The notes under the pieces were generated by a model. It was not told the DNA's origin and did no database searches. It worked only from the letters and a program-made list of their open reading frames with translations. 51,095 nt of DNA from a virus: positions 1 to 51,095 of IMG/VR virus record IMGVR_UViG_3300040801_001309. One strand, written 5' to 3'. Below, piece by piece: positions 7,062-16,977 of the stretch. The position numbers and the translations under genes are program-made. Numbering within the stretch: the stretch's first letter is position 1; every line of letters starts with the position of its first letter.

Positions 7062-9251
7062 ATGGCAACAACAGATAGACGTACACCTTGGGTTTACATA
7101 GATGTTGAAGATAAATCATATGTTGCTGAATCTATTGAAGTTGGACGTGCTGTTTATATTGCTGGTATGTGTCAAAAAGGAAGACATAATCAAGTAGTGA
7201 CATTGACTTCTGCTGATGGTTACTTTGAAGAGTTTGGTACTCCACATTTTAACACTACAACACAGAGTTGTTACAATATGGCAAATGCATTAACACTTAC
7301 AAATAAAGCATATTTTGTAAGAGTTATGCCTTTTGACTCTAAAGTTTCTAACGTTGTTATTAAAAGACAGGAAACTATTGATCCTATTACTTGTAGTTTT
7401 ACATTTAGTGAAGCTCCAACCGATGTTGTTAGTAGACCATTCCCGGAAGATTATGCTGCTGGTGAATTAGATTCACAATATATTGCAGATAAAAATGCAT
7501 ACGACACATATATTTCAGCACTTGAAGATTCAAAAACAGCAACAACTTCTAATCAATCTGATTTAGATCTTGTATCAGTTGGTGATTGGATTTATGCTGG
7601 TGATGATGAAGTTGAAAATGCTGTTCAAGTTGTTTCTAAAAGTTGGAGTGACGTTGACAGTGTTGGTACAATTTATCTTAGTAATGGATATGTTGGAAGC
7701 ACAGTAGATTGGGTAACAAAAGATGTAAGCACTATTTATAAATACAGTTCACATACAGTTGAACCTGATCCTCTCAATTTCGGATGGGATGTTAATAATC
7801 TCAATGTTGATCTTGATCCTACTGCATTGTATGCATTTTATGCTGTTGGTGCAGGAGATTATTATGATAGATATTTTATTAGAGGTACTAGAAATACAGA
7901 ATATGAAGCATTAGAAGTTGATAAAAAAACTGGAGATCCTCTTTATAAGTATCTATTTATGGATATTGCTGTTTATGAAAAACAAGACGATGGATCAACT
8001 AAATTAGTTGAAGGTCCTTGGACTGTATCCCTAGCAAACAGATATAGTAATGGAACTGTTATTCGTGACAGAATGAAAGCTTGGGAACACATGTTTATTG
8101 AAGATAAAATAAACAATAACAGCAAACTTATTAGATGTAAATCTAATTCTGATGAAGTGGAAGAACTTATTAGACCTGATGGTGAACTTAACGAATCTTT
8201 AGCCGAAAGAAGACGTTTGGAAGCAATGCTTCTTTTTTCAGCAGGAAATCTTGTTGGTACTAATTATGTTCCATCATTACAGACTCCAATTACACTTGGT
8301 GCTGGTGATAATGGTCATGTCGATTATGATCAAGGGTCAGGAGTGGATCCATCAATCCCAATGTATATTCGTGGTAAACTGCAAACAGCGCCACAGATAG
8401 AAGCTCTTATTGCTCAGGCATTTGCTGGTATAATGGATAGTGTTGATGGTTCTATTTCTAAAATGAGAGATCATATTTATCCAACATTTCAGCCGGACTA
8501 TGTTGTAACTGGTGGTTTTCCTGCATTCGTACAGGAAGCTGGAAGAGATTTGTGTGCTAACAGAGGAGATTGTTTCCATATTGCTGATACAGGATATAGA
8601 ACCAGTTATGAATCTGATTTGAATGCCAGACGAAATTTCTATGATTGGAACGACTATACTTCTATGCTGTATATTCAATATAGAGAAATTCGTGATCCTT
8701 GGACTGGTGAAAAGATCAAGATGAATCCATGTTATCATGCTATTGAAAGACATTTGTATGTTGATGGTGCATATTTCTTAAGTGAACCAGTTGCAAATAT
8801 TGAGAAGGGTGCAATTCCTGATGCTATTGATCTTGTTTATGAACCCAATCATACAGAACGTGGTGATTTAAGAGAAGCCAATCTTAACTACACAATTTCA
8901 GAACCAGACGGTAAATATTTCCTTGAACAGTTTACTACTTGGAAACAATTGTCTATTCTGAAAAGAGCACATGCTGCTAAATTTGTATGTTATTGTAGAA
9001 AGATGATTCCTGGTCTTCTTAAATCTCTCTTACAGAGAAAAGGAACTCCATTCTGGGTTAATCAGGCACAACAACGTGTTGAATATTTTATTAGTAAGTT
9101 CACTGACGAGAGTATGGGTCGTTATCATTCTCTTAGTAAAGCAGAAGTGTCAGTTTCTTTTGATGAACGAAGCAGTGAATTGAACGTATTGTTAAAAATT
9201 ACCCCTCTCAGAGCAATCGAGAGAATTAATGTACATATTGTTGTTGAATAA
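7062..9251 (+). CDS. Contractile tail sheath protein
   Basis: 729 aa with RBS AAGGAGAAATT-ATG. The N-terminus VYIAGMCQKGRHNQVVTLTSADGYFEEFG and C-terminus NVLLKITPLRAIERINVHIVVE fit the sheath family pattern. A tube-like gene follows directly. Confidence 0.7.
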   Translation: MATTDRRTPWVYIDVEDKSYVAESIEVGRAVYIAGMCQKGRHNQVVTLTSADGYFEEFGTPHFNTTTQSCYNMANALTLTNKAYFVRVMPFDSKVSNVVIKRQETIDPITCSFTFSEAPTDVVSRPFPEDYAAGELDSQYIADKNAYDTYISALEDSKTATTSNQSDLDLVSVGDWIYAGDDEVENAVQVVSKSWSDVDSVGTIYLSNGYVGSTVDWVTKDVSTIYKYSSHTVEPDPLNFGWDVNNLNVDLDPTALYAFYAVGAGDYYDRYFIRGTRNTEYEALEVDKKTGDPLYKYLFMDIAVYEKQDDGSTKLVEGPWTVSLANRYSNGTVIRDRMKAWEHMFIEDKINNNSKLIRCKSNSDEVEELIRPDGELNESLAERRRLEAMLLFSAGNLVGTNYVPSLQTPITLGAGDNGHVDYDQGSGVDPSIPMYIRGKLQTAPQIEALIAQAFAGIMDSVDGSISKMRDHIYPTFQPDYVVTGGFPAFVQEAGRDLCANRGDCFHIADTGYRTSYESDLNARRNFYDWNDYTSMLYIQYREIRDPWTGEKIKMNPCYHAIERHLYVDGAYFLSEPVANIEKGAIPDAIDLVYEPNHTERGDLREANLNYTISEPDGKYFLEQFTTWKQLSILKRAHAAKFVCYCRKMIPGLLKSLLQRKGTPFWVNQAQQRVEYFISKFTDESMGRYHSLSKAEVSVSFDERSSELNVLLKITPLRAIERINVHIVVE

Positions 9252-9262
9252 GGAGATATTAT

Positions 9263-10087
9263 ATGTCTTGTGCGACAAGTATTATAGATAGATATACAGA
9301 TAGTTTTAATTCAAGAATTAGTGGAAGAGAGCATCCTGACATTTTAACCAGAGATATTGGTGGTCATTTTAGAAAAAATGAACCATACACTTCTGGTTAT
9401 TTTCATATGGTTGCTGGTCTTCCAATGAAATTATTTAAAGATGAAAAAGGTGCTGAAGAAGCTTCTATTTGGCTTCACAGTACCTGTGAAAATTTTACTC
9501 CACACAGTGTTACAAGAGGCAAGGCCGATACTCCTGGTCTTGGTGGTAGAGGAGCTAGTTTCCAAACCAATACTACTATCACTAGAGAATTTGGTTTAAC
9601 ATTCAGAGAATATCAAAATATGCCTATTCTAAATATTATTAGAAGATGGTCAGCTTTTGATCCGTTTACTGGTGTATCTCCTCTTGGTGGTAATGAATTT
9701 ATCCCTACTAATAAGAAAGGGTGGATTTGTATCCTTCAGACCAAACCTGTTCGTGCTCAAGATGCTCCTTTGAAAGAAGAAGATCTTGAAGAAGTATGGG
9801 CATATGGTGGAGTATGGCCTGTTGGTGAACCAGTTGATACTGCTGCTGCTTCTGATATTGCAACAAATGATCAGATTCAGTTGTCTGTTCAGTTTAGCTT
9901 TGATGGTGCACCATTAACTGGTGGAGAACCTGGAGTTGCTGCTGCTGCTGTTAAATTACTTAACCAATATAAATTTATGTGTGAACAAAGTACTTATGGT
10001 AAATGGCTTAATGCTATGGTTCGTGACATGAAACCTTGGGGTACTCACAGTGATAGTACTGTTGATAGTACACTCTACGGTAGATAA
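9263..10087 (+). CDS. Tail tube protein (T4 gp19-like pattern)
   Basis: 274 aa with RBS AAGGAGATATTAT-ATG. Tube-like segments are SGYFHMVAGLP and CENFTPHSV...EFGLTFREYQNMPILNIIRRW. Its position is immediately after the sheath gene. Confidence 0.55.
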   Translation: MSCATSIIDRYTDSFNSRISGREHPDILTRDIGGHFRKNEPYTSGYFHMVAGLPMKLFKDEKGAEEASIWLHSTCENFTPHSVTRGKADTPGLGGRGASFQTNTTITREFGLTFREYQNMPILNIIRRWSAFDPFTGVSPLGGNEFIPTNKKGWICILQTKPVRAQDAPLKEEDLEEVWAYGGVWPVGEPVDTAAASDIATNDQIQLSVQFSFDGAPLTGGEPGVAAAAVKLLNQYKFMCEQSTYGKWLNAMVRDMKPWGTHSDSTVDSTLYGR

Positions 10088-10095
10088 AAAATAAA

Positions 10096-10132
10096 GTCCT
10101 GAGACTCTCGAAAGAGGGTCTCAGGCTTTTTT
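10096..10132. terminator. Terminator after the tail operon
   Basis: CCTGAGACTCTC-GAAA-GAGGGTCTCAGG hairpin followed by TTTTTT. Confidence 0.7.
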
Positions 10133-10442
10133 AACAACAGGTAATTTTAAGAATTTCGTAGTCATCATACAATAATTCATTAATTTTAGTGACATGCTCT
10201 AATATATCATGTCTGTCACTATACCATTCGTATTCTTTTCCTGGAGGATACCATGTTTCGTTAAATTCATTCCATAACCAGTCAAAGTATATAGACATAC
10301 AACCTATTACTGTTATTCCAGTATGCTGTGTATATACTTTTCCATTTTCATCTGTGCCTATTATTCTATGGGTCACTTTCGTTGGTGTTTGTTTAAGTGA
10401 AATTTCTTTTTCACCGATAAATAAATGTAGATTCATACTCAT
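10131..10442 (-). CDS. Hypothetical protein (103 aa)
   Basis: ORF only. Confidence 0.5.
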   Translation of the reverse strand: MSMNLHLFIGEKEISLKQTPTKVTHRIIGTDENGKVYTQHTGITVIGCMSIYFDWLWNEFNETWYPPGKEYEWYSDRHDILEHVTKINELLYDDYEILKITCC

Positions 10443-10511
10443 AATAGTTAATCACCTTTGTATATTAAACAAAAAATATAAAATCCTCTCATGGTGAGAG
10501 GATATGTTTGT

Positions 10512-10736
10512 TTAAATGTCTTTACCTTTTATCGTTCCACAATTAGGACACATAAGTAATCTTATTTCAGAATCAGGATAATAACTATCATCTGATCCAA
10601 TTATAAAGTGTCCTTTGACTTCAGCGAATGTTTCTCGATGAAATAATGTGTTTATGATATTCTTTTCGCCTTCGATGTATCCACATGCGTGGCATTTTTC
10701 ATTACTTTCTATAGTTAGATTTTCCTGTAAGAACAT
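10512..10736 (-). CDS. Small zinc-ribbon protein (74 aa)
   Basis: Two CxxC pairs are present (CHACG ... CPNCG). Confidence 0.5.
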   Translation of the reverse strand: MFLQENLTIESNEKCHACGYIEGEKNIINTLFHRETFAEVKGHFIIGSDDSYYPDSEIRLLMCPNCGTIKGKDI

Positions 10737-11094
10737 GTATTGACTTTGACGCTATACCTTCTATTAGTTCATCCTTCAATTTTTCCAGTTCTTCTTTTGG
10801 AATTTCATTTCTATGTCGTTCAACATAGTGAACCAAAAGAGAATTTGTCACTCGTCCTTTTGGTGTAGTGTAGTTAATATTGTTAGACATTTCTCTACAA
10901 CCTGTGCATAAATGCACACCTTTTGTTGCAGAAGAATGATCAGGAATACACTTTTCAAAAAGTTCAATCGTGTTACGTGTTAGTTCATCCATTATAGGAT
11001 TATCTAAACCTTTAGGTTTAATAAACATTAGTACTGTGTCGTTTGTGAGTTTCATAGTTGATAAACCTTTCGGGTTATGTTGTAAATAAGTCAA
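10702..11094 (-). CDS. Hypothetical protein (130 aa)
   Basis: The ORF overlaps its neighbours, in a translationally coupled layout. Confidence 0.5.
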   Translation of the reverse strand: MTYLQHNPKGLSTMKLTNDTVLMFIKPKGLDNPIMDELTRNTIELFEKCIPDHSSATKGVHLCTGCREMSNNINYTTPKGRVTNSLLVHYVERHRNEIPKEELEKLKDELIEGIASKSIHVLTGKSNYRK

Positions 11095-11620
11095 GAAACT
11101 GTTTATTTGTTTCCTGATCTCTAATAAAATATATTCTGTCTATTGTACTAAAGTTTCCAGTTAACAAGTTTATTTGTGGAATGAGTCTCATTCTAAATAA
11201 TGACATTCCTTCACTAATATAACTTAGTCCTGTAATATCATTTAATCTAGAAACATCGATATGTAATAGTGTTTTGATTTTTGTACATATTACATTATCT
11301 TTACTATATATCGTATCATAGTCGAAATAATATTTACTTAAATAATTTAACCCTTCAGGAGCATCAAATATCAAGTGTGTTCCAAGAGGATATGAAATTT
11401 GAAACTGTGGTGAAAAATCAAGAACTAGTTCTTTATTTGATGTTTTCTTACAGTTGCTTAAGTTTATTTGTCTTGTTGTTGTATAAGACAACTCCCCGGA
11501 GGGAGTAATTCTAATATTTTTTTGTTTGAGATCACTGCATATAATGAGTGAGTTTTTTGGCTCTATTTCAGCAATCATTTCCGGTTCTATATTTTCTGTT
11601 GTTATGTATTTTATTTTCAT
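11075..11620 (-). CDS. Hypothetical protein (181 aa)
   Basis: ORF in an operon with overlapping stops and starts. Confidence 0.5.
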   Translation of the reverse strand: MKIKYITTENIEPEMIAEIEPKNSLIICSDLKQKNIRITPSGELSYTTTRQINLSNCKKTSNKELVLDFSPQFQISYPLGTHLIFDAPEGLNYLSKYYFDYDTIYSKDNVICTKIKTLLHIDVSRLNDITGLSYISEGMSLFRMRLIPQINLLTGNFSTIDRIYFIRDQETNKQFLDLFTT

Positions 11621-12327
11621 ACATGTACTCCTTTACGTATTTTATTCTGAAGTGTCAACTCAAATCCAGTGGTATATGTAAATCTAAGAGCAATTCTCAA
11701 CGCTTCCAGATCAAGATGTGTGAATGTGTAATGATATACAATCCCATCAACTCTTTGAATTGACAACGTTATGCTATCATCTGTTTGATCAACTTTAGCA
11801 GTAGTTAATTTTGTTTGTATATAATCTTCAGTACCATCAGCAATAAGTTGTTCCATCGGAAAATAATTAGATGCTCTGTTAATTATATCCAAACATGCTT
11901 TAGGATATAACGTTGCATGAGTTAGGAACTCTAAATTTTTAAATAGTATTTTTGTTCCCATAACTACTGTTTTATCAACAGGCATTGCATACAAATTTAT
12001 TCGAAGATTTCCAAAATCAGCATTAAATGCAATCGTTACAAATGCTGCTTCATTTTCATCAAGTTGTTTTTGTGCCATTAATTTAGGATTTGTTAACCAA
12101 AACAAATCCTGAAATGTTGATTTATGTTTATTTTCAAGTATTGGTGTTTCCACTACTAGCATATTGCCAACTTTTGCATCTTCATGTTCTTTAGCTTCTG
12201 TATATTGCTTTTGTATAGCAGGTTCTTCTTTAGGAAGTTCGCTAATTGTGGTATTGCCTACCTGAACGGTATTCGGTTCAGGCATCGGCATATTGAAAGG
12301 GTCAAAACCAAAAATTGGATCTGTCAT
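11617..12327 (-). CDS. Hypothetical protein (236 aa)
   Basis: ORF with an ATGA-type overlap with the next gene. Confidence 0.55.
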   Translation of the reverse strand: MTDPIFGFDPFNMPMPEPNTVQVGNTTISELPKEEPAIQKQYTEAKEHEDAKVGNMLVVETPILENKHKSTFQDLFWLTNPKLMAQKQLDENEAAFVTIAFNADFGNLRINLYAMPVDKTVVMGTKILFKNLEFLTHATLYPKACLDIINRASNYFPMEQLIADGTEDYIQTKLTTAKVDQTDDSITLSIQRVDGIVYHYTFTHLDLEALRIALRFTYTTGFELTLQNKIRKGVHV

Positions 12328-12337
12328 ATTATTTCTC

Positions 12338-12496
12338 CTAATTCATGTTAAGTGTTTCTTTGGTATCTTTATCAACTATCAAAACATCGTGCCATTCATC
12401 GGCAGACATTAAATAACATCTATATTCAGCTAATAATGCTTTTATTTTGTGTTTGCAAATTTCAATGTCTGTATTCTGTTCATCATTTTTTCTCAT
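12338..12496 (-). CDS. Small hypothetical protein (52 aa, below the ORF-track cutoff)
   Basis: ATGA overlap with the RNA ligase stop. The product begins MRKNDEQNTDIEICKHK... Confidence 0.4.
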   Translation of the reverse strand: MRKNDEQNTDIEICKHKIKALLAEYRCYLMSADEWHDVLIVDKDTKETLNMN

Positions 12497-13620
12497 TTGT
12501 CCACTCCTAATATTCGTGTGAATTTTTTAGCAACAGTTTTCATACTCTTTTTCTTTGCTTCCATTTTAATACATTCTTTGAATGATATATCATGTTCATA
12601 CATCATAAACATATATTTACTTTTTGATTCTTTTGTTGCTATTGCAAATTCCTTTCTATCTAAATGTTTATTCTTTTCAAACAATTCGGTTTCGTCATTG
12701 ACTAACGTGATATATTTATCTCTGGCATCAAATATAATGTCGTTATATTCAGGAAATTCGTCTGTAAACTCTTCAACATTACCCATCATAATTAGAGTCA
12801 TAACACTGTTCATTGATGCTCCAACACTGTCTTTAATTCTCATAAGAGCACGATGTCCAGGATTTATGACTTTTACTCTGTAGAAATCTCTACTGTTATG
12901 CCGTGTGTTTGAAACAAATACACTACCTTCGTCACGAGTGTCTAATTGACAAACAAACTCTTGAGCATCTTCAATTTTAGATAGGTTATATGTTTTTGGT
13001 AAATTGAATCCACATTGTTTAGCAATGTATGCCTTTTCATCTTGATCACATTCAATATAGTGATTGTCTTTTCGTCTAGCACACAATATACTTAATTTAT
13101 AATCAGTATATCTAGTTACGTGTCTATTTTCTGGAGTCGTCAGTTCAAATGTTAAATCATAATGAGTTTCTGGAAATTTGTAATTATTTTTGTTCCATGT
13201 TTCTTTAAGGAGATCATTAAATGTTTTTGCTGAAAAGGTTAATGATCCTTCACCATTAATAACTCCTCTTGTGCTTTTTATCCACTCATCATTATGATAT
13301 GCAAGACCTATTAAACTTCCATCTAATTTTTCAAGATACACACCATCATCAATGTCAAGTGCAACATTAAGTGCTTCACCATAATTAAAAAATCGAATCA
13401 TTGGGAAATGAACAATTTCCCAATCTTTTGACTTATCTAAAATTAATCCTCGACATTCCATAACAATTGAATCTGTTTTTGGACTATCCAATTGATGATA
13501 ATTAAATAAATGTAACCCTGAAAATTTAGGGTTTGTATTAACTATAATTCCCAATTCAGCAGTTAATTGTTCAGGAGTTCCTCCTTTCTGAAGAAACTCC
13601 TGTACTTTAAGAATAGTCAT
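12493..13620 (-). CDS. RNA ligase, T4 Rnl1 (gp63) family
   Basis: 375 aa. Matches to T4 Rnl1 include ECRGLILD (T4 ECRGIMFE), PMIRFFNYGE (PMEKFFNLNE), the lysine motif YLEKLDGSL (LTKEDGSL), FELTTPENRHV (FEFVAPTNRIV) and EGSVFV (EGYVAV). Confidence 0.8.
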   Translation of the reverse strand: MTILKVQEFLQKGGTPEQLTAELGIIVNTNPKFSGLHLFNYHQLDSPKTDSIVMECRGLILDKSKDWEIVHFPMIRFFNYGEALNVALDIDDGVYLEKLDGSLIGLAYHNDEWIKSTRGVINGEGSLTFSAKTFNDLLKETWNKNNYKFPETHYDLTFELTTPENRHVTRYTDYKLSILCARRKDNHYIECDQDEKAYIAKQCGFNLPKTYNLSKIEDAQEFVCQLDTRDEGSVFVSNTRHNSRDFYRVKVINPGHRALMRIKDSVGASMNSVMTLIMMGNVEEFTDEFPEYNDIIFDARDKYITLVNDETELFEKNKHLDRKEFAIATKESKSKYMFMMYEHDISFKECIKMEAKKKSMKTVAKKFTRILGVDK

Positions 13621-13931
13621 AAAATAATCCTTGTAGGTTGTTGTGGTTTTGTTATTTTTAATACCTTATCAGTGAAATCAAGAAACTCTGTTACAGACGT
13701 TTTATTGTCAGTTTCTGGTAATACTTGTAATAAACACATTGCTTTATCGTGTGTTGACTTATATTTTTCAAGCTCTGTTATTATAGTAACAGCTTGATAA
13801 TATCTGGCATCTGTTACAACAGTAACTATTTCTTGAGCAGGTTGTTGTATATTACTGATAGGTTTTGGTGATGGTTTGAAAATGAATCCAATGAATACAA
13901 AACAAAATAGATAAAATAACAGTTCAGCCAT
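13617..13931 (-). CDS. Small membrane protein (104 aa)
   Basis: It has an N-terminal TM helix (LLFYLFCFVFIGFIF). Confidence 0.5.
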   Translation of the reverse strand: MAELLFYLFCFVFIGFIFKPSPKPISNIQQPAQEIVTVVTDARYYQAVTIITELEKYKSTHDKAMCLLQVLPETDNKTSVTEFLDFTDKVLKITKPQQPTRIIL

Positions 13932-14083
13932 AATAAATATCCTTTAGGAATTTCTATGATAAAATGATTTCGGACTTAATCCTGAAGTCTATGTATTTCC
14001 AACTACCACTGTATCGTTTTTTTGGTATAGCAATAGGCATAAAATAAAATCTCCTTGTTAATAAATAGTTTTTTGATTATTCC

Positions 14084-14980
14084 CTATATTTCTATATGTA
14101 GCTTTCCAATGTTCAAATCTTCAAGAATAATTTCACCACACATCTGTGCAATTTTCAAACATAGTCTTCCAGAAATGGTTGTACTCATCGCCAACCATTT
14201 ATTACTGAATCTAAAGCCACTCATTCCAGTCAAACCATAACTTGAGTTGGCATTAATCTTCATAGCTAATTGTCTTCTATCATATAATTGGTAAATATCA
14301 CTCGATGTTCCATGTTCCAATTCCGCTTGATATCGTTTCTTTTTATACTCATCACGCATGTTAATTCTATTACTCAAGAAATCATTCATTATTCCGAATT
14401 TATGTTCATGAGTATAAAACATACAACCTGATAGATTTAAATTTACATTTTTTTGTTTAACATAGTTTCCAATATTATTACCATCTAATCGTAAAATGGA
14501 TAATGTTGGATTAACTATATTTTCAATACTATATATATGATCTGATGTTACTTCCCCATTTAATAAATAATCATGACAGAAACTATTATATTCATTTCCA
14601 GATGGATGAATATCTGTATATAGATCTATAAACGGTATTAAATATAATTTACTTGTTAGCCAATCTTCTCTTGTTTTTGGATTGAATAAATCTCGTAGGG
14701 GTCTGTTTATTCGTTTCAATTTATTTAATAGATACATAATTATAAAATACATATTTTGTTTATATTCTTTTTTATTTTGTGGATCTAATTTTTCCACAAA
14801 ATTATAAACATCTTCTAATATGGCTAATGGTATTGCTGAATGTAAATCTTGGCCTGTTCCAAGCACAGGCCCAATGAAATTTTCAAGCATATTATATGCA
14901 AGTGGGTCTATTATTCTTCCCCAATATGTATCAAATGATATGTTATTTTCTTGCATTTTAGAAGGGTACAGTGCTTTTGC
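14084..14980 (-). CDS. Family-B DNA polymerase, exon 2 (motif A second half to motif B)
   Basis: The segment begins AKALYPS, the SLYPS part of motif A, and contains motif B as KINANSSYGLTG. The ORF-track TTG start at 14983 is probably intron sequence. Confidence 0.8.
   Translation of the reverse strand, partial: AKALYPSKMQENNISFDTYWGRIIDPLAYNMLENFIGPVLGTGQDLHSAIPLAILEDVYNFVEKLDPQNKKEYKQNMYFIIMYLLNKLKRINRPLRDLFNPKTREDWLTSKLYLIPFIDLYTDIHPSGNEYNSFCHDYLLNGEVTSDHIYSIENIVNPTLSILRLDGNNIGNYVKQKNVNLNLSGCMFYTHEHKFGIMNDFLSNRINMRDEYKKKRYQAELEHGTSSDIYQLYDRRQLAMKINANSSYGLTGMSGFRFSNKWLAMSTTISGRLCLKIAQMCGEIILEDLNIGKLHIEI
14088..14097 (-). promoter_or_regulatory. ATATAGAAAT promoter-like box
   Basis: Minus-sense CTACATATAGAAATATAG overlaps the last codons of PolB exon 2, upstream of 13617..13931. 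Confidence 0.4.
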
Positions 14981-15087
14981 CAAAATGTTAGCTACTAATT
15001 ACTTAGTAGTTCAGACTATATCATCTTGACAATTGTGCCAAGAATGTCGTGTAGTCGTTTGCTAGTAGTTATATATTTTAAGTATTG

Positions 15088-15097
15088 ATATAGAAAT
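15088..15097 (+). promoter_or_regulatory. ATATAGAAAT box in plus orientation
   Basis: This is the only plus-sense copy. It lies about 50 nt upstream of the plus-strand ORF 15148..15636. Confidence 0.45.
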
Positions 15098-15147
15098 ATA
15101 CATTATTAGTATGTATTAATAACTTTTATTTAACAAGGAGAATTATC

Positions 15148-15636
15148 ATGAGGAAAAAATTGACTATGTTGTCGGCGCTCATTTGTTTGATGTCTGTCTC
15201 AATTTGTTTTGGGGAGACAAGGTGTTGCCTCCCAGGAGTCACACCATCATTTGGGGTTTTCTTTAATAACGTTCAATTGGTTGACAACTTTTACATTGTT
15301 GTCAACGAAACTGATTTTACAGGAAAAGTAACACAATCTATCTTGACACCAATGGATTTGATTGATGGTCGAGTTGTATACCCATCAACACTTATTGCTG
15401 ACGCAGGATATACGCTAACTGTATCATCCGTAATGTTCTATCAAGATGATATTGGATTTGAAGGTACTTTTTGGTATGGTGGTTCTGTAATAAAAACTAT
15501 TCCAGTCACATCTGATTTGTCAGATGTGACAGAGATCTTCATTTATGTTAAGAAACAAATTTTCGATGTGAATGGTGATGGTAAAACTGGATTAGAGGAA
15601 GTGATATATATACTAAGAAGTCTATCAGGAATGTAA
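15148..15636 (+). CDS. Secreted protein with C-terminal dockerin/EF-hand-like Ca-binding motif
   Basis: RBS AAGGAGAATTATC-ATG. Signal peptide MRKKLTMLSALICLMSVSICFG. C-terminal motif DVNGDGKTGLEEVIYILRSLSG. It has its own terminator, is GC-elevated, and lies antisense inside the PolB intron. Confidence 0.7.
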   Translation: MRKKLTMLSALICLMSVSICFGETRCCLPGVTPSFGVFFNNVQLVDNFYIVVNETDFTGKVTQSILTPMDLIDGRVVYPSTLIADAGYTLTVSSVMFYQDDIGFEGTFWYGGSVIKTIPVTSDLSDVTEIFIYVKKQIFDVNGDGKTGLEEVIYILRSLSGM

Positions 15637-15642
15637 CTACTA

Positions 15643-15690
15643 CTGCGGGTGCTCCATAATAGGAGTTTCCCGCAGGAAGACATTTTTTTA
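15643..15690 (+). terminator. Terminator of the plus-strand secreted-protein gene
   Basis: CTGCGGG...CCCGCAG hairpin followed by a T-run (CATTTTTTTA). Confidence 0.6.
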
Positions 15691-15726
15691 CGTTTTCTAT
15701 TGCTAGAAAACGGGACACAAAAGTTT

Positions 15727-16974
15727 ATCCAAATCAGATATAACACCGTTGACTTGATCAACGATTTTACCATACCCTTCTTTAACATATGCTCCTACAT
15801 ATCTACTTAATATTTTTTTGTATATTTTTTGTTCAACGCCATTATTAATTGTCCATTTGATTCTATTATCTTTTGGCTTTGGTAGAGTATCAATTTCTTG
15901 TTGTGAAATACCAAAAAAGTTTTCTTTTGCAATGCCGTGTTTTACTCTTATTTTTTTTTGATCTAAAACATATGAAAAATAAGTATCAAATAATGCTGCT
16001 GGACCTCTCATACTAAGTCCAAGAGGAGTTTTCATATCCCTACGCAACATATTATGTAGTTCAATATGTCTGAGTTTAAGATCAAGTAATCTACAGAGGA
16101 CAACATCTATAACATTATATTTAATATATGTTTCAGGATGTTCTTCGTATAATCTGTCTAAATTTGTACCATCATCCTTGTAGTCTAATTTTTTTAATCC
16201 AAGTTCCGCATTTGATATCCAATCAAGAGTATACGATGGTTGTAATTTACCATAGTTTAATCCTGGATTCATTATTTCGCCACGAGGAGTATATAGATAT
16301 TTGATATCCATACTTGGTAAATCAGGAATAATAATAAATGTTCCTTTTTTACCCATTTTTCTTTCTTTTACTATTCCTACATGACTCATAATATCTGCTA
16401 CTTTTTGTCTATCTCCAAGAAGATTTAAAAGTCGACCATAGATATATGGAATATCATATTTATCGCTATTGAATCCTGATATTATGTGTGTATTTATACC
16501 ATGAATTTTATTAAACATGTCCGTAAGCATTTTAACTTCATCTGTATAAAGTAAAATCTTACAACTTTCATCATCATTAATATATCTGGTTTTATTTCCC
16601 TTTTTATCTTCAAATAATTCTTGTTTAATTTCTTGTTCTAATGCTGATATGTCTATATTTGCAATTTTTGTTTTAATTATATCCAGTACAAGAAAATAAC
16701 AAGTATAGCATTTCTCAATAGAGCTATAAATTGTTACTGCGCTTATTGGACTTACACATCCTTCTTCAACTTTAAATTTACCAGTGTTGTGAGTGTAAAC
16801 CTCAATGTCATGATATACTGTGTGTAAATTTTGTACAAGATCAATATTGTCATTTGGATATTTTAGATAATGTTGAATTGCGTAATATTGTTGTGGTTCT
16901 ACTTCGGCATTATAAATATTATCGTAATTTAATTTGCCTGTTTCTAGATTGTCTATTAGTTGATTAAAGTTCAA
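15727..16974 (-). CDS. Family-B DNA polymerase, exon 1 (3'-5' exonuclease domain to motif A Asp)
   Basis: Exo I is YHDIEVYT, Exo II is SGFNSDKYDIPYIY and Exo III is KYNVIDVVL. It ends in GAYVKE...GVISDLD, the first half of motif A. In the unspliced frame a stop follows 7 codons later. The start codon is TTG. Confidence 0.8.
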
Positions 16975-16977
16975 ATA

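Larger units (their letters stand above)
14981..15726 (-). mobile_element. Group I intron in PolB motif A (746 nt)
   Basis: The upstream exon ends in U (GAT) and the intron ends in G, and removing it restores D-AKALYPS in frame. P1 candidate is GGAU/GUCC with a U.G pair. A 9-bp GCAA-capped hairpin lies at 15691-15712. R-like AAACGACTACACGAC is at 15046-15060. The P8 hairpin is at 15025-15042. S-like GATGATATAGTCTG is at 15012-15025. A GTAA-capped P9 is at 14992-15009. Confidence 0.75.

Noticed and set aside
14084-14140. An atypical split intein (very short N-fragment starting at CGEIILEDL...) that would trans-splice PolB fragment 2 to fragment 3.
   Set aside because: Fragment 3 begins directly with polymerase sequence (..FLKHILYGD), with no C-intein or HN-S/T/C junction at its N-terminus. 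The tail of fragment 2 coincides with a promoter box.
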